Positions 36,392-46,082 of a stretch of DNA of 53,104 nucleotides are shown here, piece after piece. This DNA is from Candidatus Limnocylindrales bacterium (GTDB lineage Bacteria > Chloroflexota > Limnocylindria > Limnocylindrales > CSP1-4), in the NCBI GenBank assembly GCA_037720745.1, contig JBBJNS010000002.1, positions 1 to 53,104 on the forward strand, read 5' to 3'. The translations under genes and the position numbers were made by a program. The stretch's first letter is position 1. Each line of letters opens with the position of its first letter. The notes under the pieces are model-generated. The model saw only the letters and a list, made by a program, of their open reading frames with translations. It was not told the origin of the DNA and made no database searches.

Positions 36392-39331
36392 ATGCAGACC
36401 AGCCTCGCACGTCGGCAGGCGCGCCGCCTGGACAACGGCCGCCGAGGCAAGGGTAGCGGCCCGCGCCGCGTGATCGCCGGCCTCTCACTCTTCCTGTTCG
36501 CCGCCATGGCGACGGTGGCCATCGGCGCCTTCGTGGGCGTGGTCGGAGTCTTCGCCGCGTTCAGCCAAGGCCTCGATGATCCTCGCGAGCTGGAGACCAT
36601 CCAGTTCGTCGAGGAATCGGTCGTCTACGCGCGCGACGGGGAGACCGAGCTGGCGCGCTTCAGCTCCGGTGAACGGCGGGAGGTGGTGGCCTTCGACGAC
36701 CTGCCGCCCATCCTCATCGATGCCACGACCGGGGTCGAGGACAGGACGTTCTGGACCAACACCGGCTTCGATCCGCTGGGCATCGTGGCAGCCGGGCTGG
36801 ACACGATCTCCGGCGACGTCCGCGGCGCCTCCACCATCACCCAGCAACTGGTCCGCCAGCGGCTGCTCCCCGGCGAGCTGGTGCAGGACCAGGACCGCCG
36901 GGTGGAGCGCAAGATCAAGGAGATCATCCAGTCGATCCGCGTCACGCAGGCCTTCCCCGGCCGCGAGGGCAAGGAACGCATCATGACGGCCTACCTCAAC
37001 CAGAACTTCTACGGCAACAACTCGTATGGCGTCGCCGCCGCCGCAGAGGGCTACTTCGGCAAGGAGCTCTCGGAGCTGACGCTCAGTGAGGCCGCTCTCC
37101 TGGCGGCACTGCCCCAGTCGCCCTCCAACTACGACCTGGTACGTAATGCCGTAGAGGACGACGCCGGCCGTCTGATCGTGCCGCAGGACACGGACATCGT
37201 GCGGCGGCGGGACTTCGTGTTGCAGCTCTTGGCCGTTGACCCCACGCGCCGCGTCCTGACCGGCGACGAGTACTCCACGGAGGACTTCCTGGCGGCACAG
37301 GACGATGAGGTCGTACTGGTCGACCAGGAGCTGCCACCGTGGCAGGCGCCGCACTTCATCTGGGCCGTGCGCGAGCAGCTCGCCGCGGAGCTCTGTGCCG
37401 AGGCGACCACCTGTCCGGCCCTGGAGCGTGGCGGACTGCGCATCTTGACCACGTTGGACATGGAACTCCAGGAGAGCGCCGAGAAGTGGGTCAAGGCCGC
37501 GGCCATCGCACCACATCGCGGCCGGGAGTACGCCGACCGCATCGGCGTGGAAACGCAGCCCTGGATGCGCGCGCTTCGTGACAACGAGGTCTTCAATGGC
37601 GCGATGATGGCCATGGACTACCAGACCGGAGAGGTGGTGGCCTACGTGGGCAGCGCCGACTACTACGAGAGCCGTCGCATCAACCTCAAGTTCCAGCCGC
37701 AGTTCGACGTGCTGGCCGACGGCTGGCGCCAGCCTGGTTCGGCCTTCAAGCCCTTCACCTACTCGACGGGGCTGAACGACCGGACGCTGACCGCCTCATC
37801 GATGCTGATGGACGTGACCACCGACTTTGGTGGCGGCTACATGCCCAAGAACTTCGACCTGCTGGAGCGCGGCCCGCTGCGCCTGCGGCTGGCCCTTCAG
37901 CAATCGCTGAACATCCCGGCCATCAAGGCGCTGGCCATCACCGGCGAGGCCCACACCTTCGACATGGCCAAGCGTTTCGGCATGGAGTTCCAGGAAAGTG
38001 AGCCAACGGCGGGGCTCACCATGGCCCTGGGCACGCTGGAAGTGCACCCGGCGGACCTGACCAACGCCTATGCCACCATCGCCAACGGCGGCCGGCGAGT
38101 CGATCGCACGCTTATCCGCACGGTCACCGACAAGGCCGGCACGGAGCTGGTGCCAGTGCGCGCCAGGCCGGAGGGCGAGGTCATCATCACGCCCCAGGCG
38201 GCGCACATCATGACCGACATCCTGGCCGGCAATACCGACCCGGCGATCAACCCCATCTGGGGTCGCCTGGAGCTCACGGACACGGGTGGGCGTCACCGGC
38301 CGGCCACCCTCAAGACCGGTACCAACAACGACGCCAAGGACCTCACTGCGATGGGCTACCTGGCGCCACCCGACGAGGCCGGCCGAGCGCGCGGCGAGTA
38401 CGCGTTGGCGGTCGGCGCCTGGAACGGCAACAGCGACGCGTCGGAGGTAGGCAGCGCTGAGGATCCCATCTTCTCGCTGGATGTGGCCGGTCCCATGTGG
38501 CAGGCCGTCCTCCAGGAGACGACCGCTGACTGGGCCATCTACGACTTTGCCCGACCGAACGGCTTGGAAGAGGCACAGGTGGACGCCTTTACCGGCTTCC
38601 GGCCCAGCGACTTCTCCCGAGAGCAGGTCACGGAGATCTTCATCGAGGGCACCGTGCCCCCACTCGACGAGGTCATCGTCGGGCTGAACGTGGTCCGCGA
38701 CGAGGAGGGCGACAGCTACCTGTGGGACGAGTCGTGCGGCGGCACGCCCGAGGTACGCGGCTTCCTCCAGCTCGAGGAGATCGAGTCGGAGCGGCCGCGC
38801 TGGCAAGAAGCCGTCCAGGGCTGGATCGAACGCGCGCGCCGCGGTCCTGGCGTGCGGGGCGGTCCGGACGCTGACGTTCCGACCTCTACGTCCTACTTCC
38901 TAGATCCGAACTATCAGCCGTACGGTTCGACCTGGGGCGCGCCCTTTCCGCCCACGGCTCGATGTGATGAGGCACCCTCCCCCAGCCCGTCTCTCAGCTC
39001 GCCGCCGTCGCTGTCCCCGTCGCCATCGATCTCGCCGTCACCCACACCGTCGATCTCGCCGTCGCCGTCCCCCGAACCGAGCCCCAGCGCAACACCCGAA
39101 CCGACTGCGACTGCGGAGCCCACGCCGGAGCCCACGCCGACACCCACGCCGACACTCACGCCGACTCCGACACCCACGCCGACTCCGACACCCACACCGA
39201 CGCCCGTACCGCCGACGCCCACACCAACGCCGACCCCGACTCCGACTCCGACACCCACGCCGACTCCGACACCCACGCCGACGCCCGTACCGCCGACGCC
39301 CACACCAACGCCGCCTGACGAGGAGCCGTAG
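36392..39331 (+). CDS. Class A penicillin-binding protein (glycosyltransferase + transpeptidase) with a long C-terminal Pro/Thr/Ser-rich tail
   Basis: N-terminal TM. GT51 motifs (..[13 protein letters not shown].., ..[12 protein letters not shown].., ..RKIKE..). Transpeptidase SAFKP and KTGT(N). The last roughly 130 aa are PS/PT repeats. Confidence 0.9.
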   Translation: MQTSLARRQARRLDNGRRGKGSGPRRVIAGLSLFLFAAMATVAIGAFVGVVGVFAAFSQGLDDPRELETIQFVEESVVYARDGETELARFSSGERREVVAFDDLPPILIDATTGVEDRTFWTNTGFDPLGIVAAGLDTISGDVRGASTITQQLVRQRLLPGELVQDQDRRVERKIKEIIQSIRVTQAFPGREGKERIMTAYLNQNFYGNNSYGVAAAAEGYFGKELSELTLSEAALLAALPQSPSNYDLVRNAVEDDAGRLIVPQDTDIVRRRDFVLQLLAVDPTRRVLTGDEYSTEDFLAAQDDEVVLVDQELPPWQAPHFIWAVREQLAAELCAEATTCPALERGGLRILTTLDMELQESAEKWVKAAAIAPHRGREYADRIGVETQPWMRALRDNEVFNGAMMAMDYQTGEVVAYVGSADYYESRRINLKFQPQFDVLADGWRQPGSAFKPFTYSTGLNDRTLTASSMLMDVTTDFGGGYMPKNFDLLERGPLRLRLALQQSLNIPAIKALAITGEAHTFDMAKRFGMEFQESEPTAGLTMALGTLEVHPADLTNAYATIANGGRRVDRTLIRTVTDKAGTELVPVRARPEGEVIITPQAAHIMTDILAGNTDPAINPIWGRLELTDTGGRHRPATLKTGTNNDAKDLTAMGYLAPPDEAGRARGEYALAVGAWNGNSDASEVGSAEDPIFSLDVAGPMWQAVLQETTADWAIYDFARPNGLEEAQVDAFTGFRPSDFSREQVTEIFIEGTVPPLDEVIVGLNVVRDEEGDSYLWDESCGGTPEVRGFLQLEEIESERPRWQEAVQGWIERARRGPGVRGGPDADVPTSTSYFLDPNYQPYGSTWGAPFPPTARCDEAPSPSPSLSSPPSLSPSPSISPSPTPSISPSPSPEPSPSATPEPTATAEPTPEPTPTPTPTLTPTPTPTPTPTPTPTPVPPTPTPTPTPTPTPTPTPTPTPTPTPVPPTPTPTPPDEEP
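39161..39313. repeat. 81-bp tandem duplication inside the PT-tail coding region of the PBP gene
   Basis: The 72-bp blocks 39161-39232 and 39242-39313 differ at a single position (a/g). Embedded in ccgac(n)cc(n)ac-type PT microsatellite-like sequence. Confidence 0.85.
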
Positions 39332-39359
39332 CTACTGACGGGGGCGCGAACGTGATGGT

Positions 39360-39745
39360 CTAGGCGAGCTCGATGTCCGTACGGGAGAAGTCGTCGCCCT
39401 TGACGAGGAGCGGCTCGTCTGCCAGGCGCGGAGTGGCGTAGACGATGCAGTCTCCGAAGTTCAGGATCGCGGGATGCCGCGACTTGCCGAACCGCCACCA
39501 TGCCGAGACGGCTTCGCGCCAATGGCCGGAGCCGAAGTCGATCACGACAGCGTCCGACGCCTCGAGCAGATCGCCAGCACCTCGGTGGCATCCTCGCCGA
39601 TCCGCGAGGAGAGGACGATGCCCGCCTCGACCAGGGACACCGCGTTCACCGCCACGGACTCTGCCGCGTTGATCTTCGCCACGAACTCCTTGCGCTCGGG
39701 CTCATCCAGGGCGATCGCCACGAGGGCGGAGCTGTCGAGGATCAC
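39360..39745 (-). pseudogene. vapC: PIN-domain VapC toxin gene interrupted by a frameshift
   Basis: N-terminal half MILDSSALVAIALDEPERKEFVAKI..SLVEAGIVLSSRIGEDATEVL (39745 downward). The C-terminal half continues in another frame as ..GDLLEASDAVVIDFGSGHWREAVSAWWRFGKSRHPAILNFGDCIVYATPRLADEPLLVKGDDFSRTDIELA. The frame switch is near 39575-39580. A sequencing error cannot be excluded. Confidence 0.8.
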
Positions 39746-39760
39746 ACGCCCTCCGGTCCG

Positions 39761-39940
39761 TTAGCCCAGGAGGCTCTCCTCATCCGCTCTGCTGAGTGCC
39801 CTTCCTCTTACGCCCTGAGGAAGCCTCGGCCAGAGCCGTCGTTCCATCATCCGGACCATGCGGTCGCCCCTTGACCAGCTCCGGGCCAGGATCGATCGGT
39901 CCCTACGCTCGATGAGCGCATGCCTGACGGCACCGTCACC
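39761..39940 (-). pseudogene. vapB: 5'-truncated remnant of a VapB antitoxin (Rv0623-like/PSK family)
   Basis: ..GAVRHALIERRDR..MMERRLWPRLPQGVRGRALSRADEESLLG resembles the C-terminal two thirds of mycobacterial VapB antitoxins (..TEA.R.AL.ER.. ...EIWP.L.....S..E.ILGY), from memory. The expected N-terminus (MALxIKDPE..RLAREL) is absent. In that frame the upstream codons are the Arg-rich out-of-frame reading of the mutS2 3' end. Confidence 0.4.
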
Positions 39941-39942
39941 CC

Positions 39943-42399
39943 TTAGAGGCTGACGATGGTCGCCCCGTCGCCGCCCTCGCCGCGTTCCCCGGCGCGCCAC
40001 TCACGCACCAGGGGATGGCTGGTGAGGTGCTCCCGGACCGAATCCCGCAGCGCACCCGTCCCGTGGCCATGGATGACCGTGACGCGTCCGGCTTCGGCTG
40101 TCGAGGCCTGGTCGATGTAGCGCTCCAGCAGTTCCAGCGCCTCTTCCACCCGCGCCCCTCGCAGATCAAGGCTGCTGGCCACGGAACGCGGCGTAGCGCT
40201 GCCACGAACGGACCCGGGACTGCGGGCGGTCATGGTCGGGACGGCACGTTCCTCGGCGCCGAAGTCACCGCGGCGGCCGCTGACCGGGCGCTCGGGCGCT
40301 CCCAGCTCGGGACTGGTCTGGCTGGCGGCGCTCCCTCGCTGCGACGGACCGGAGGCGTAGACCTCGGAAGCTGGCCGCAGATCGGCTACATCGACATTCA
40401 GCCGCATGGACCCAGCATCCAGCGTGGCGCGTCGTCCGCCACTTTCGAGGGCCACGATGCGCCCTTCCATGCCGGCCGGCGTGAGCGCCCTCATGTCCAG
40501 TCGCCACGCTGTGGGATCCACTGGCTCATCTGGCGCGACCGACTCGGCGCCTGCACCCACCGGCAGCGCGGCGATGCGTTCCTCCAGGCGCCGGATAGCC
40601 TCGTTCAGGCGCGTCTCGGTGAGTGTCTCGCGCACGAGCAGCGCTCGAGTAGCCTCGATCTCATCACGGATGGCGCTCACCGCGGTATCGGCCTCGGCGC
40701 GAGCGGCGCCGACGGCTTCCTGCCTTTCGCGGCGAGCCCGAAGGCGCTCCTGCTCCGCGTCCGCGCGGGCCATGCGCGCTCGCAACTCAGCGTCCTCGGC
40801 ACGCGAGAGGGCATCGGCGGCGGTCGTCTCCGACGCCTTGATGGACGCCAACGTGGCCTCGAAGTCGAGCTGCGCTCGTGACAAGCGGGAGCGGGCATCG
40901 TCCACCAGACCCGCACTCAGGCCGAGACGCTCGGCGATGGCGAAGGCCTGGCTGGTGCCAGGCAGCCCGATGCTCAGCCGGTACGTCGGTGAGAGTGTCT
41001 CCAGGTCGAACTCGACCGAGGCGTTGCGGGCCTGCGGCGTGTCGTGCGCGTAGACCTTCAGCTCGGCGTAGTGGCTCGTCGCCGCGACCAGGGCGCCCGC
41101 CCGGATGAAGTGATCGAGGAGAGCCTGGGCCAGTGCCGAGCCCTCCGTCGGGTCGGTGCCCGCCCCGAGCTCGTCGAGCAACACCAGGCAGCCCGGACCG
41201 GCCGCCTCCACGATGCGCACGATGGAGCGCAGGTGGCCGCTGAACGTCGAGAGTGACTGAGCGACCGATTGTTCATCTCCGATGTCGGCGAAGACGTCGC
41301 GGAACACCGGTAATCGACTGCCGGGGGCAGCCGGCACGTGCAGGCCAGCCTGGTGCATCAGCGCCAGCAAGCCGAGCGTTCGCAGCGAGACGGTCTTGCC
41401 CCCGGTGTTGGGTCCCGTCACGACCAGCGCCGTGAACTCCTGCCCCAGGCGCAGATCGATGGGCACCACCCGACCGGTGAGGCCCGGGTGACGGGCCCGC
41501 GCTAGATCGACCTCGTGCCGCTGCGCCGTCTCGGCGCGAACGCCGTCCATCTCCGCCGCCAGGCGCGCCTTGGCAGCCCACAGGTCGAAATGCGCCAGCG
41601 CCTCGAGCGTCTCGCGCAACGGCCCGGCCTGCGTGCCCACCAATGCCGACAGCTCGTCGAGGATGCGCTCCTCCTCTGCCTGAGCCGAGAGCTGTGCCTC
41701 GCGCCAGACGTTGCCCAGTTCCACCACCACCAGCGGCTCCACGAAGAGCGTTTGGCCGCTGCCTGACTGGTCGTGGACGATGCCCTTGACCTTGCCGCGG
41801 GCATCGGCGCGCACGGGCACCACGTAGCGGCCGTTGCGCAGCGTGACGATGGGCTCCTGAAGCGCCGATGACATCTCGCTGCGGTGGACGAGGTCCTCCA
41901 GGCGGGAGCGGATGCGTTCGTAGGCGATGCGTACCCGTCGACGCAGGCCGCCCAGCGCGGGAGATGCGCTGTCCAGTAGCTCCCCGGCCGGGTCAAGACT
42001 CAGCTCAAGGCGGGTGCGCAGCGCCGGCAGCGGCGAGATCCGGCGCGCCAACCCGTGCAGCAGCGGGCGGCGATCGTCGCGCAGCGCATCCTGGAGCCGG
42101 CCAGCGGCGATGAGCGTGGCGGTGATGTCCAGCAGCTCCGACGCTTCCAGCCGACCACCACGGGCGGCCCGTTCCAGCGCCGGTCCGATGTCGCGCGCGC
42201 CACCGACCCCTACGTCAGGTCGTTCCGACAGCAGCCCGCGAGCCTGGTCGGTCTCGTCCAGGCCACGCGCCACGATGAACGGGTCGTTCGACGGTGAGAG
42301 GGCCTCGGCGAGACGCCGGGACGGCGCGAATGAGGCATGGCCTGCCAGGCGCGCCCTGATGAGCGGGAACTCCAGGAGGGTCTGGGATTTGGCGTCCAT
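39943..42399 (-). CDS. mutS2: Endonuclease MutS2 (MutS domain plus C-terminal Smr)
   Basis: ..VVTGPNTGGKTVSLRT.., ..LLDELGAGTDPTEG.., C-terminal Smr ..VIHGHGTGALRDSVREHL..GERGEGGDGATIVSL. ATG 42399 overlaps the mpg stop (TGATG). Confidence 0.93.
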   Translation of the reverse strand: MDAKSQTLLEFPLIRARLAGHASFAPSRRLAEALSPSNDPFIVARGLDETDQARGLLSERPDVGVGGARDIGPALERAARGGRLEASELLDITATLIAAGRLQDALRDDRRPLLHGLARRISPLPALRTRLELSLDPAGELLDSASPALGGLRRRVRIAYERIRSRLEDLVHRSEMSSALQEPIVTLRNGRYVVPVRADARGKVKGIVHDQSGSGQTLFVEPLVVVELGNVWREAQLSAQAEEERILDELSALVGTQAGPLRETLEALAHFDLWAAKARLAAEMDGVRAETAQRHEVDLARARHPGLTGRVVPIDLRLGQEFTALVVTGPNTGGKTVSLRTLGLLALMHQAGLHVPAAPGSRLPVFRDVFADIGDEQSVAQSLSTFSGHLRSIVRIVEAAGPGCLVLLDELGAGTDPTEGSALAQALLDHFIRAGALVAATSHYAELKVYAHDTPQARNASVEFDLETLSPTYRLSIGLPGTSQAFAIAERLGLSAGLVDDARSRLSRAQLDFEATLASIKASETTAADALSRAEDAELRARMARADAEQERLRARRERQEAVGAARAEADTAVSAIRDEIEATRALLVRETLTETRLNEAIRRLEERIAALPVGAGAESVAPDEPVDPTAWRLDMRALTPAGMEGRIVALESGGRRATLDAGSMRLNVDVADLRPASEVYASGPSQRGSAASQTSPELGAPERPVSGRRGDFGAEERAVPTMTARSPGSVRGSATPRSVASSLDLRGARVEEALELLERYIDQASTAEAGRVTVIHGHGTGALRDSVREHLTSHPLVREWRAGERGEGGDGATIVSL

Positions 42400-42977
42400 C
42401 AGTTCCGGAAGGGCCGTGACAGTGAGGCATCCCCTCGCAGCCCGAAGCGCCACGGTCGCTCTGCCCAGTCCTCGCCGGCGTAGGTGACGCCGATGCGCGG
42501 ACCGACCTCGATGCCGGCGGCGCGAGACCGTTCGCGCTCGCCTGATGCCGGGTCCTCGAGCCACAGTCCTGCACCACGCGTGAGGTCATGGCCGTCCAGC
42601 GTACGGTCCACGCCGAGGGCCTGGCAGAGGCGGGCCGGGCCAGCCGCCAGACGGGCATCAGGATCGCCCGGCCGGCCACGCCGCGCTTTCATCAGCTCGA
42701 GCCCGTCCACGGGTCGCACGGCCCGGATCAGCACCGCACCGGCGACACCGTCGATCTCCGCCACCACATTGAGGCACGAATGCAGGCCGTACACCAGGTA
42801 GACGTAGGCGTGCCCCGGCGGACCGAACATGGGCGCTGTGCGGCGGGTGAGTCCGGCACGTGCGTGGCTGGCCCGGTCGGCGGGTCCCCCGTACGCCTCG
42901 GTCTCGACGATGATCCCGCCGCTTCGGCCCTCCCGCGTATCACGCACCAGCCGAAGGCCCAACAGCGCCGGTGCCAA
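42399..42977 (-). CDS. mpg: DNA-3-methyladenine glycosylase (Mpg/AAG family)
   Basis: ..GIIVETEAYGGPADRASHA..GPPGHAYVYLVYGLHSCLNVV.. The start is uncertain: TTG 42977 is the only canonical in-frame start, but family-like sequence (..FYARPSVELAPALLG) continues upstream to the cvpA stop. Confidence 0.85.
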   Translation of the reverse strand: MAPALLGLRLVRDTREGRSGGIIVETEAYGGPADRASHARAGLTRRTAPMFGPPGHAYVYLVYGLHSCLNVVAEIDGVAGAVLIRAVRPVDGLELMKARRGRPGDPDARLAAGPARLCQALGVDRTLDGHDLTRGAGLWLEDPASGERERSRAAGIEVGPRIGVTYAGEDWAERPWRFGLRGDASLSRPFRN

Positions 42978-43037
42978 CTCGACCGAGGGGCGTGCATAGA
43001 ACGTGGCGGGGAGCGGTGCAGGGATGGTCGATGTCCC

Positions 43038-43592
43038 TCAGCCGATCGCGTCGCGAACGACCTGTGGGGTGAGCCATCCGAAGGCGAGCTCCATGACCGG
43101 TGTCACCCCTCCGATGAGCGTCTGAGCCAGGGGCGAGTCCTGGAGCACGGCGTAGACCCGGATGGACCACTCCTCTTCGAGGGCCGCTCCCCCCGGAGCG
43201 GTCGGTCCGTAGAAGGTCGCCAGGATGACCGACGTGGCGGTCATGATCAGCACTCCCAGGACGACGCCCAGGATACCCGCCAGCAAGGCGTCGACGAAGG
43301 GTATCGAGCTGACGCCCTTGGGTCCCCGGGTACCGGCCCGGATCAGCACGAGCAGTACCACGAACGTGACGATGGCGATGATCCCGAAGGCAAGCAGGTA
43401 CACGTAGTCGACGGCGAAGTTCGTCCACTGTGAAGCGAGGTAGCGGCCCAGGGACTCGCGCAGGTTGGCCGCCAGGAGGAACGCCACGGCCCACGCGCCG
43501 ATCGCCAGCAAGCCCCGGATGACGCCCTGGAAGTAGCCCAGGATGAAGGTCCCCGCCAGCACGAGCAGCAGCACGATATCGAGGGCGTTCAC
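43038..43592 (-). CDS. cvpA: CvpA family membrane protein
   Basis: MNALDIVLLLVLAGTFILGYFQGVIRGLL.. Four hydrophobic helices. Position next to mutS2/pheT, as in Firmicutes. Confidence 0.85.
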   Translation of the reverse strand: MNALDIVLLLVLAGTFILGYFQGVIRGLLAIGAWAVAFLLAANLRESLGRYLASQWTNFAVDYVYLLAFGIIAIVTFVVLLVLIRAGTRGPKGVSSIPFVDALLAGILGVVLGVLIMTATSVILATFYGPTAPGGAALEEEWSIRVYAVLQDSPLAQTLIGGVTPVMELAFGWLTPQVVRDAIG

Positions 43593-43604
43593 GGCGTCAC
43601 CGTA

Positions 43605-46082
43605 TCAGGCACGCAGACGGGCGCCGAGGACATCCCTAAGCGCAGTCACCACGCGGCTGATCGCGCCATCCAGGTCGCCCTCGTCCAGCGCTCGGTCACC
43701 CGGCTCGAAGCGCAGCCGATAGGCGAGGCTGACCTCACCGCCAGATAGCGGCGGACCTTCGTAGCGGTCGAAGAGCGTGGCCGAACGGAGCAGCGGTCCG
43801 CCCGCCCCGCGGATGACAGCCTCGACCTCGCCCGCCGGCCGCGTCTCGTCGACGACCACCGCGATGTCACGTTCCAGGCCGGGCAATCGCTCCAGTGTCC
43901 CCACCCGCTGCACATCGGGCAACGTGCGCGCCAAGCCATCCAGGTCCATTCGAGCGAATACGGCACGTTCTGCCTGAGCCTCTCGAGCTGACAGATAGCG
44001 GGGATCCAGCTCGGCCACCATGCCCAGCACCACGCGGTGCCCGGACGGCAGCTCGGCGACGCCCACGGCACTGCGGCCGGGATGGTAGAGCCCGTCGTGT
44101 CGCGGGGCAGGCTCCCACGCGATACGAACCGCTGCGACACGCTGGGCAAGCCACTCCAGCAGGCCCTTCGCATCGGCCACGTCGACGGCACGTGAGGGGC
44201 GGTCCCAGCTCAGCGGTTCCGCGCTGCCCGCCAGCAGGATGCCCAGCTCACGCCGCTGATCCGGGCGCCCCTCGACGAAGGCGTGAACGGCCCCCACCTC
44301 GAAGAGCGCGACATCGTGGCGCCGATGGCGCTCGTTGTCCACGAGCACTCGCACCAGCTCGGGCAGGAGGGAGCGTCGCAGCTCCGCGTGCTCGCTCGAG
44401 ACGGGATTGGCCGCGCGGATGGTGCTCGGGTCGCCCGGCTGGAAGCCCAGGAGAGCGTGGTCGGCGGGCGCGATCAGGCTGTACGTGGCGGCCTCGTTCA
44501 GGCCCCTGCCGGAGAGCAGTTCGCGGACCTGGTCCACCATCCGTCGCGGATCGGGCCGGTGGCCGGGCATGAGCGTGTCGGGCAGGCGGCTGGGCACCGT
44601 CTCGTACCCGTGGATACGGGCGACCTCCTCGCAGATGTCGGCCTCGATGACCAGGTCCCGTCGGTGGCGGGGAACGATAGCCACCAAAGCATCGGCGTCC
44701 TGGCCAGGCTGCAGCGGGACCGGTCGCTCGCCGGTGATGACGACGACGCTCCCTCCGGCTGGACTGGGCTCGGTGCCGATGCCGGCGCGAGCCAGGAGGG
44801 TGCGCATCTCATCGCTCGTGATCTCAACGCCCAACAGCCTGACGACGCGCTCCGGTCGGAATGTCACGCGCGCAGGCGGCGGGTCGACCGGGTCCGTGTC
44901 GACGGCACCCCCGGCTGCCCGGCCACCAGCCCACCGGACGATGAGCTGCGCGGCGCGGTCGGCGCCGACCCTTGCCATGCGAGCTTCCTGGCCCTTTTCG
45001 AAGCGCAGGCTGGCCTCGCTCCGCAGGCCGTAGGCCTGGGCGGTCCGCCGGATGGTGACCGGCTCGAAGATGGCCGACTCGACGATGACCGCAGTGGTCC
45101 CCTCCCCCACCTCGGAAGAGGCACCGCCCATCACGCCGGCGATGGCCAGTGGGCCGTTGGCATCGGCGATGAGCAACGTATCCGGTAACAGATCACGTTC
45201 GACATGGTCCAGCGTCACCAGCCGCTCGCCGGTCTCCGACATGCGCACGATGAGGTGGCCGTCCGACACATCCTCGGCGTCGAAGGTGTGGACCGGCTTG
45301 CCCAGCTCCAGCATCACGTAGTTGGACGCGTCGACTACGTTAGAGACCGGCCGCACGCCGGCCGCCATGAGCCGCACCTGCACCGCGAGCGGCGAATCAC
45401 AGACGGTCACGCCGTCCAGGTAGCGCGCCACGAAGCGGGGACAGCGCAACACATCCAGGACGGTGACGCTGACGTTGTCGCTCGTCGCATCGCCCTGCTC
45501 CGGGACCTCGATGCGCGGCTCACGGACCGTGGCGCCCGTGGCCGCTGCCACTTCCCGAGCCACGCCCAGGATGGAGAGAGCATCTCCGCGGTTCGGCTTC
45601 ACGTCGACGTCCAGCACTGTGTCACCAAGCAGCGCCGTGAGCGGCTCCCCCAGCGGCGTGTCGGGGTCAAGGATGAGGATGCCGTCGGCGTCCGGCGTGA
45701 GGCCCAACTCCGCGCCGGAACAGAGCATCCCCTCGCTCTGCGTGCCCGCGATGCGCGTGACATCGATGCGCCGGTCACCGGGCAGGACGGCGCCGGGCAG
45801 GGCCACCGGCACGCGCTGTCCGATCTCGATATTGGTCGCGCCGCAGACGATGGACAGCTCCGGCTGGCCCTCGCCGGTGCGCACGCGCGTGAGCGACAGG
45901 CGAGCTGAGTTGGGGTGCGCATGGACGTCCAGCAGCTCGCCGACCACCACCGAGGACCAGTCGGCACCGATGCGCTCGATGCCCTTGACCTCCATTCCCA
46001 ACAGGGTCAGCCGCTCCGCCAGCGCCTCGGGGGAGAGGTCGATGTCCACGAACTCGCGTAGCCAGGACAGGGGGACGCGCAT
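43605..46082 (-). CDS. pheT: Phenylalanine--tRNA ligase beta subunit
   Basis: MRVPLSWLREFVDI.., tRNA-binding, B3/4 and B5 regions, C-terminal FDX-ACB-like domain. Directly abuts pheS. Confidence 0.95.
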   Translation of the reverse strand: MRVPLSWLREFVDIDLSPEALAERLTLLGMEVKGIERIGADWSSVVVGELLDVHAHPNSARLSLTRVRTGEGQPELSIVCGATNIEIGQRVPVALPGAVLPGDRRIDVTRIAGTQSEGMLCSGAELGLTPDADGILILDPDTPLGEPLTALLGDTVLDVDVKPNRGDALSILGVAREVAAATGATVREPRIEVPEQGDATSDNVSVTVLDVLRCPRFVARYLDGVTVCDSPLAVQVRLMAAGVRPVSNVVDASNYVMLELGKPVHTFDAEDVSDGHLIVRMSETGERLVTLDHVERDLLPDTLLIADANGPLAIAGVMGGASSEVGEGTTAVIVESAIFEPVTIRRTAQAYGLRSEASLRFEKGQEARMARVGADRAAQLIVRWAGGRAAGGAVDTDPVDPPPARVTFRPERVVRLLGVEITSDEMRTLLARAGIGTEPSPAGGSVVVITGERPVPLQPGQDADALVAIVPRHRRDLVIEADICEEVARIHGYETVPSRLPDTLMPGHRPDPRRMVDQVRELLSGRGLNEAATYSLIAPADHALLGFQPGDPSTIRAANPVSSEHAELRRSLLPELVRVLVDNERHRRHDVALFEVGAVHAFVEGRPDQRRELGILLAGSAEPLSWDRPSRAVDVADAKGLLEWLAQRVAAVRIAWEPAPRHDGLYHPGRSAVGVAELPSGHRVVLGMVAELDPRYLSAREAQAERAVFARMDLDGLARTLPDVQRVGTLERLPGLERDIAVVVDETRPAGEVEAVIRGAGGPLLRSATLFDRYEGPPLSGGEVSLAYRLRFEPGDRALDEGDLDGAISRVVTALRDVLGARLRA

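Noticed and set aside
38914-39591. 225-aa minus-strand ORF containing a (GV)n repeat
   Set aside because: The GVGVGV tract is simply the reverse-complement reading of the PBP PT-repeat tail. The rest overlaps the vapC relic out of frame.
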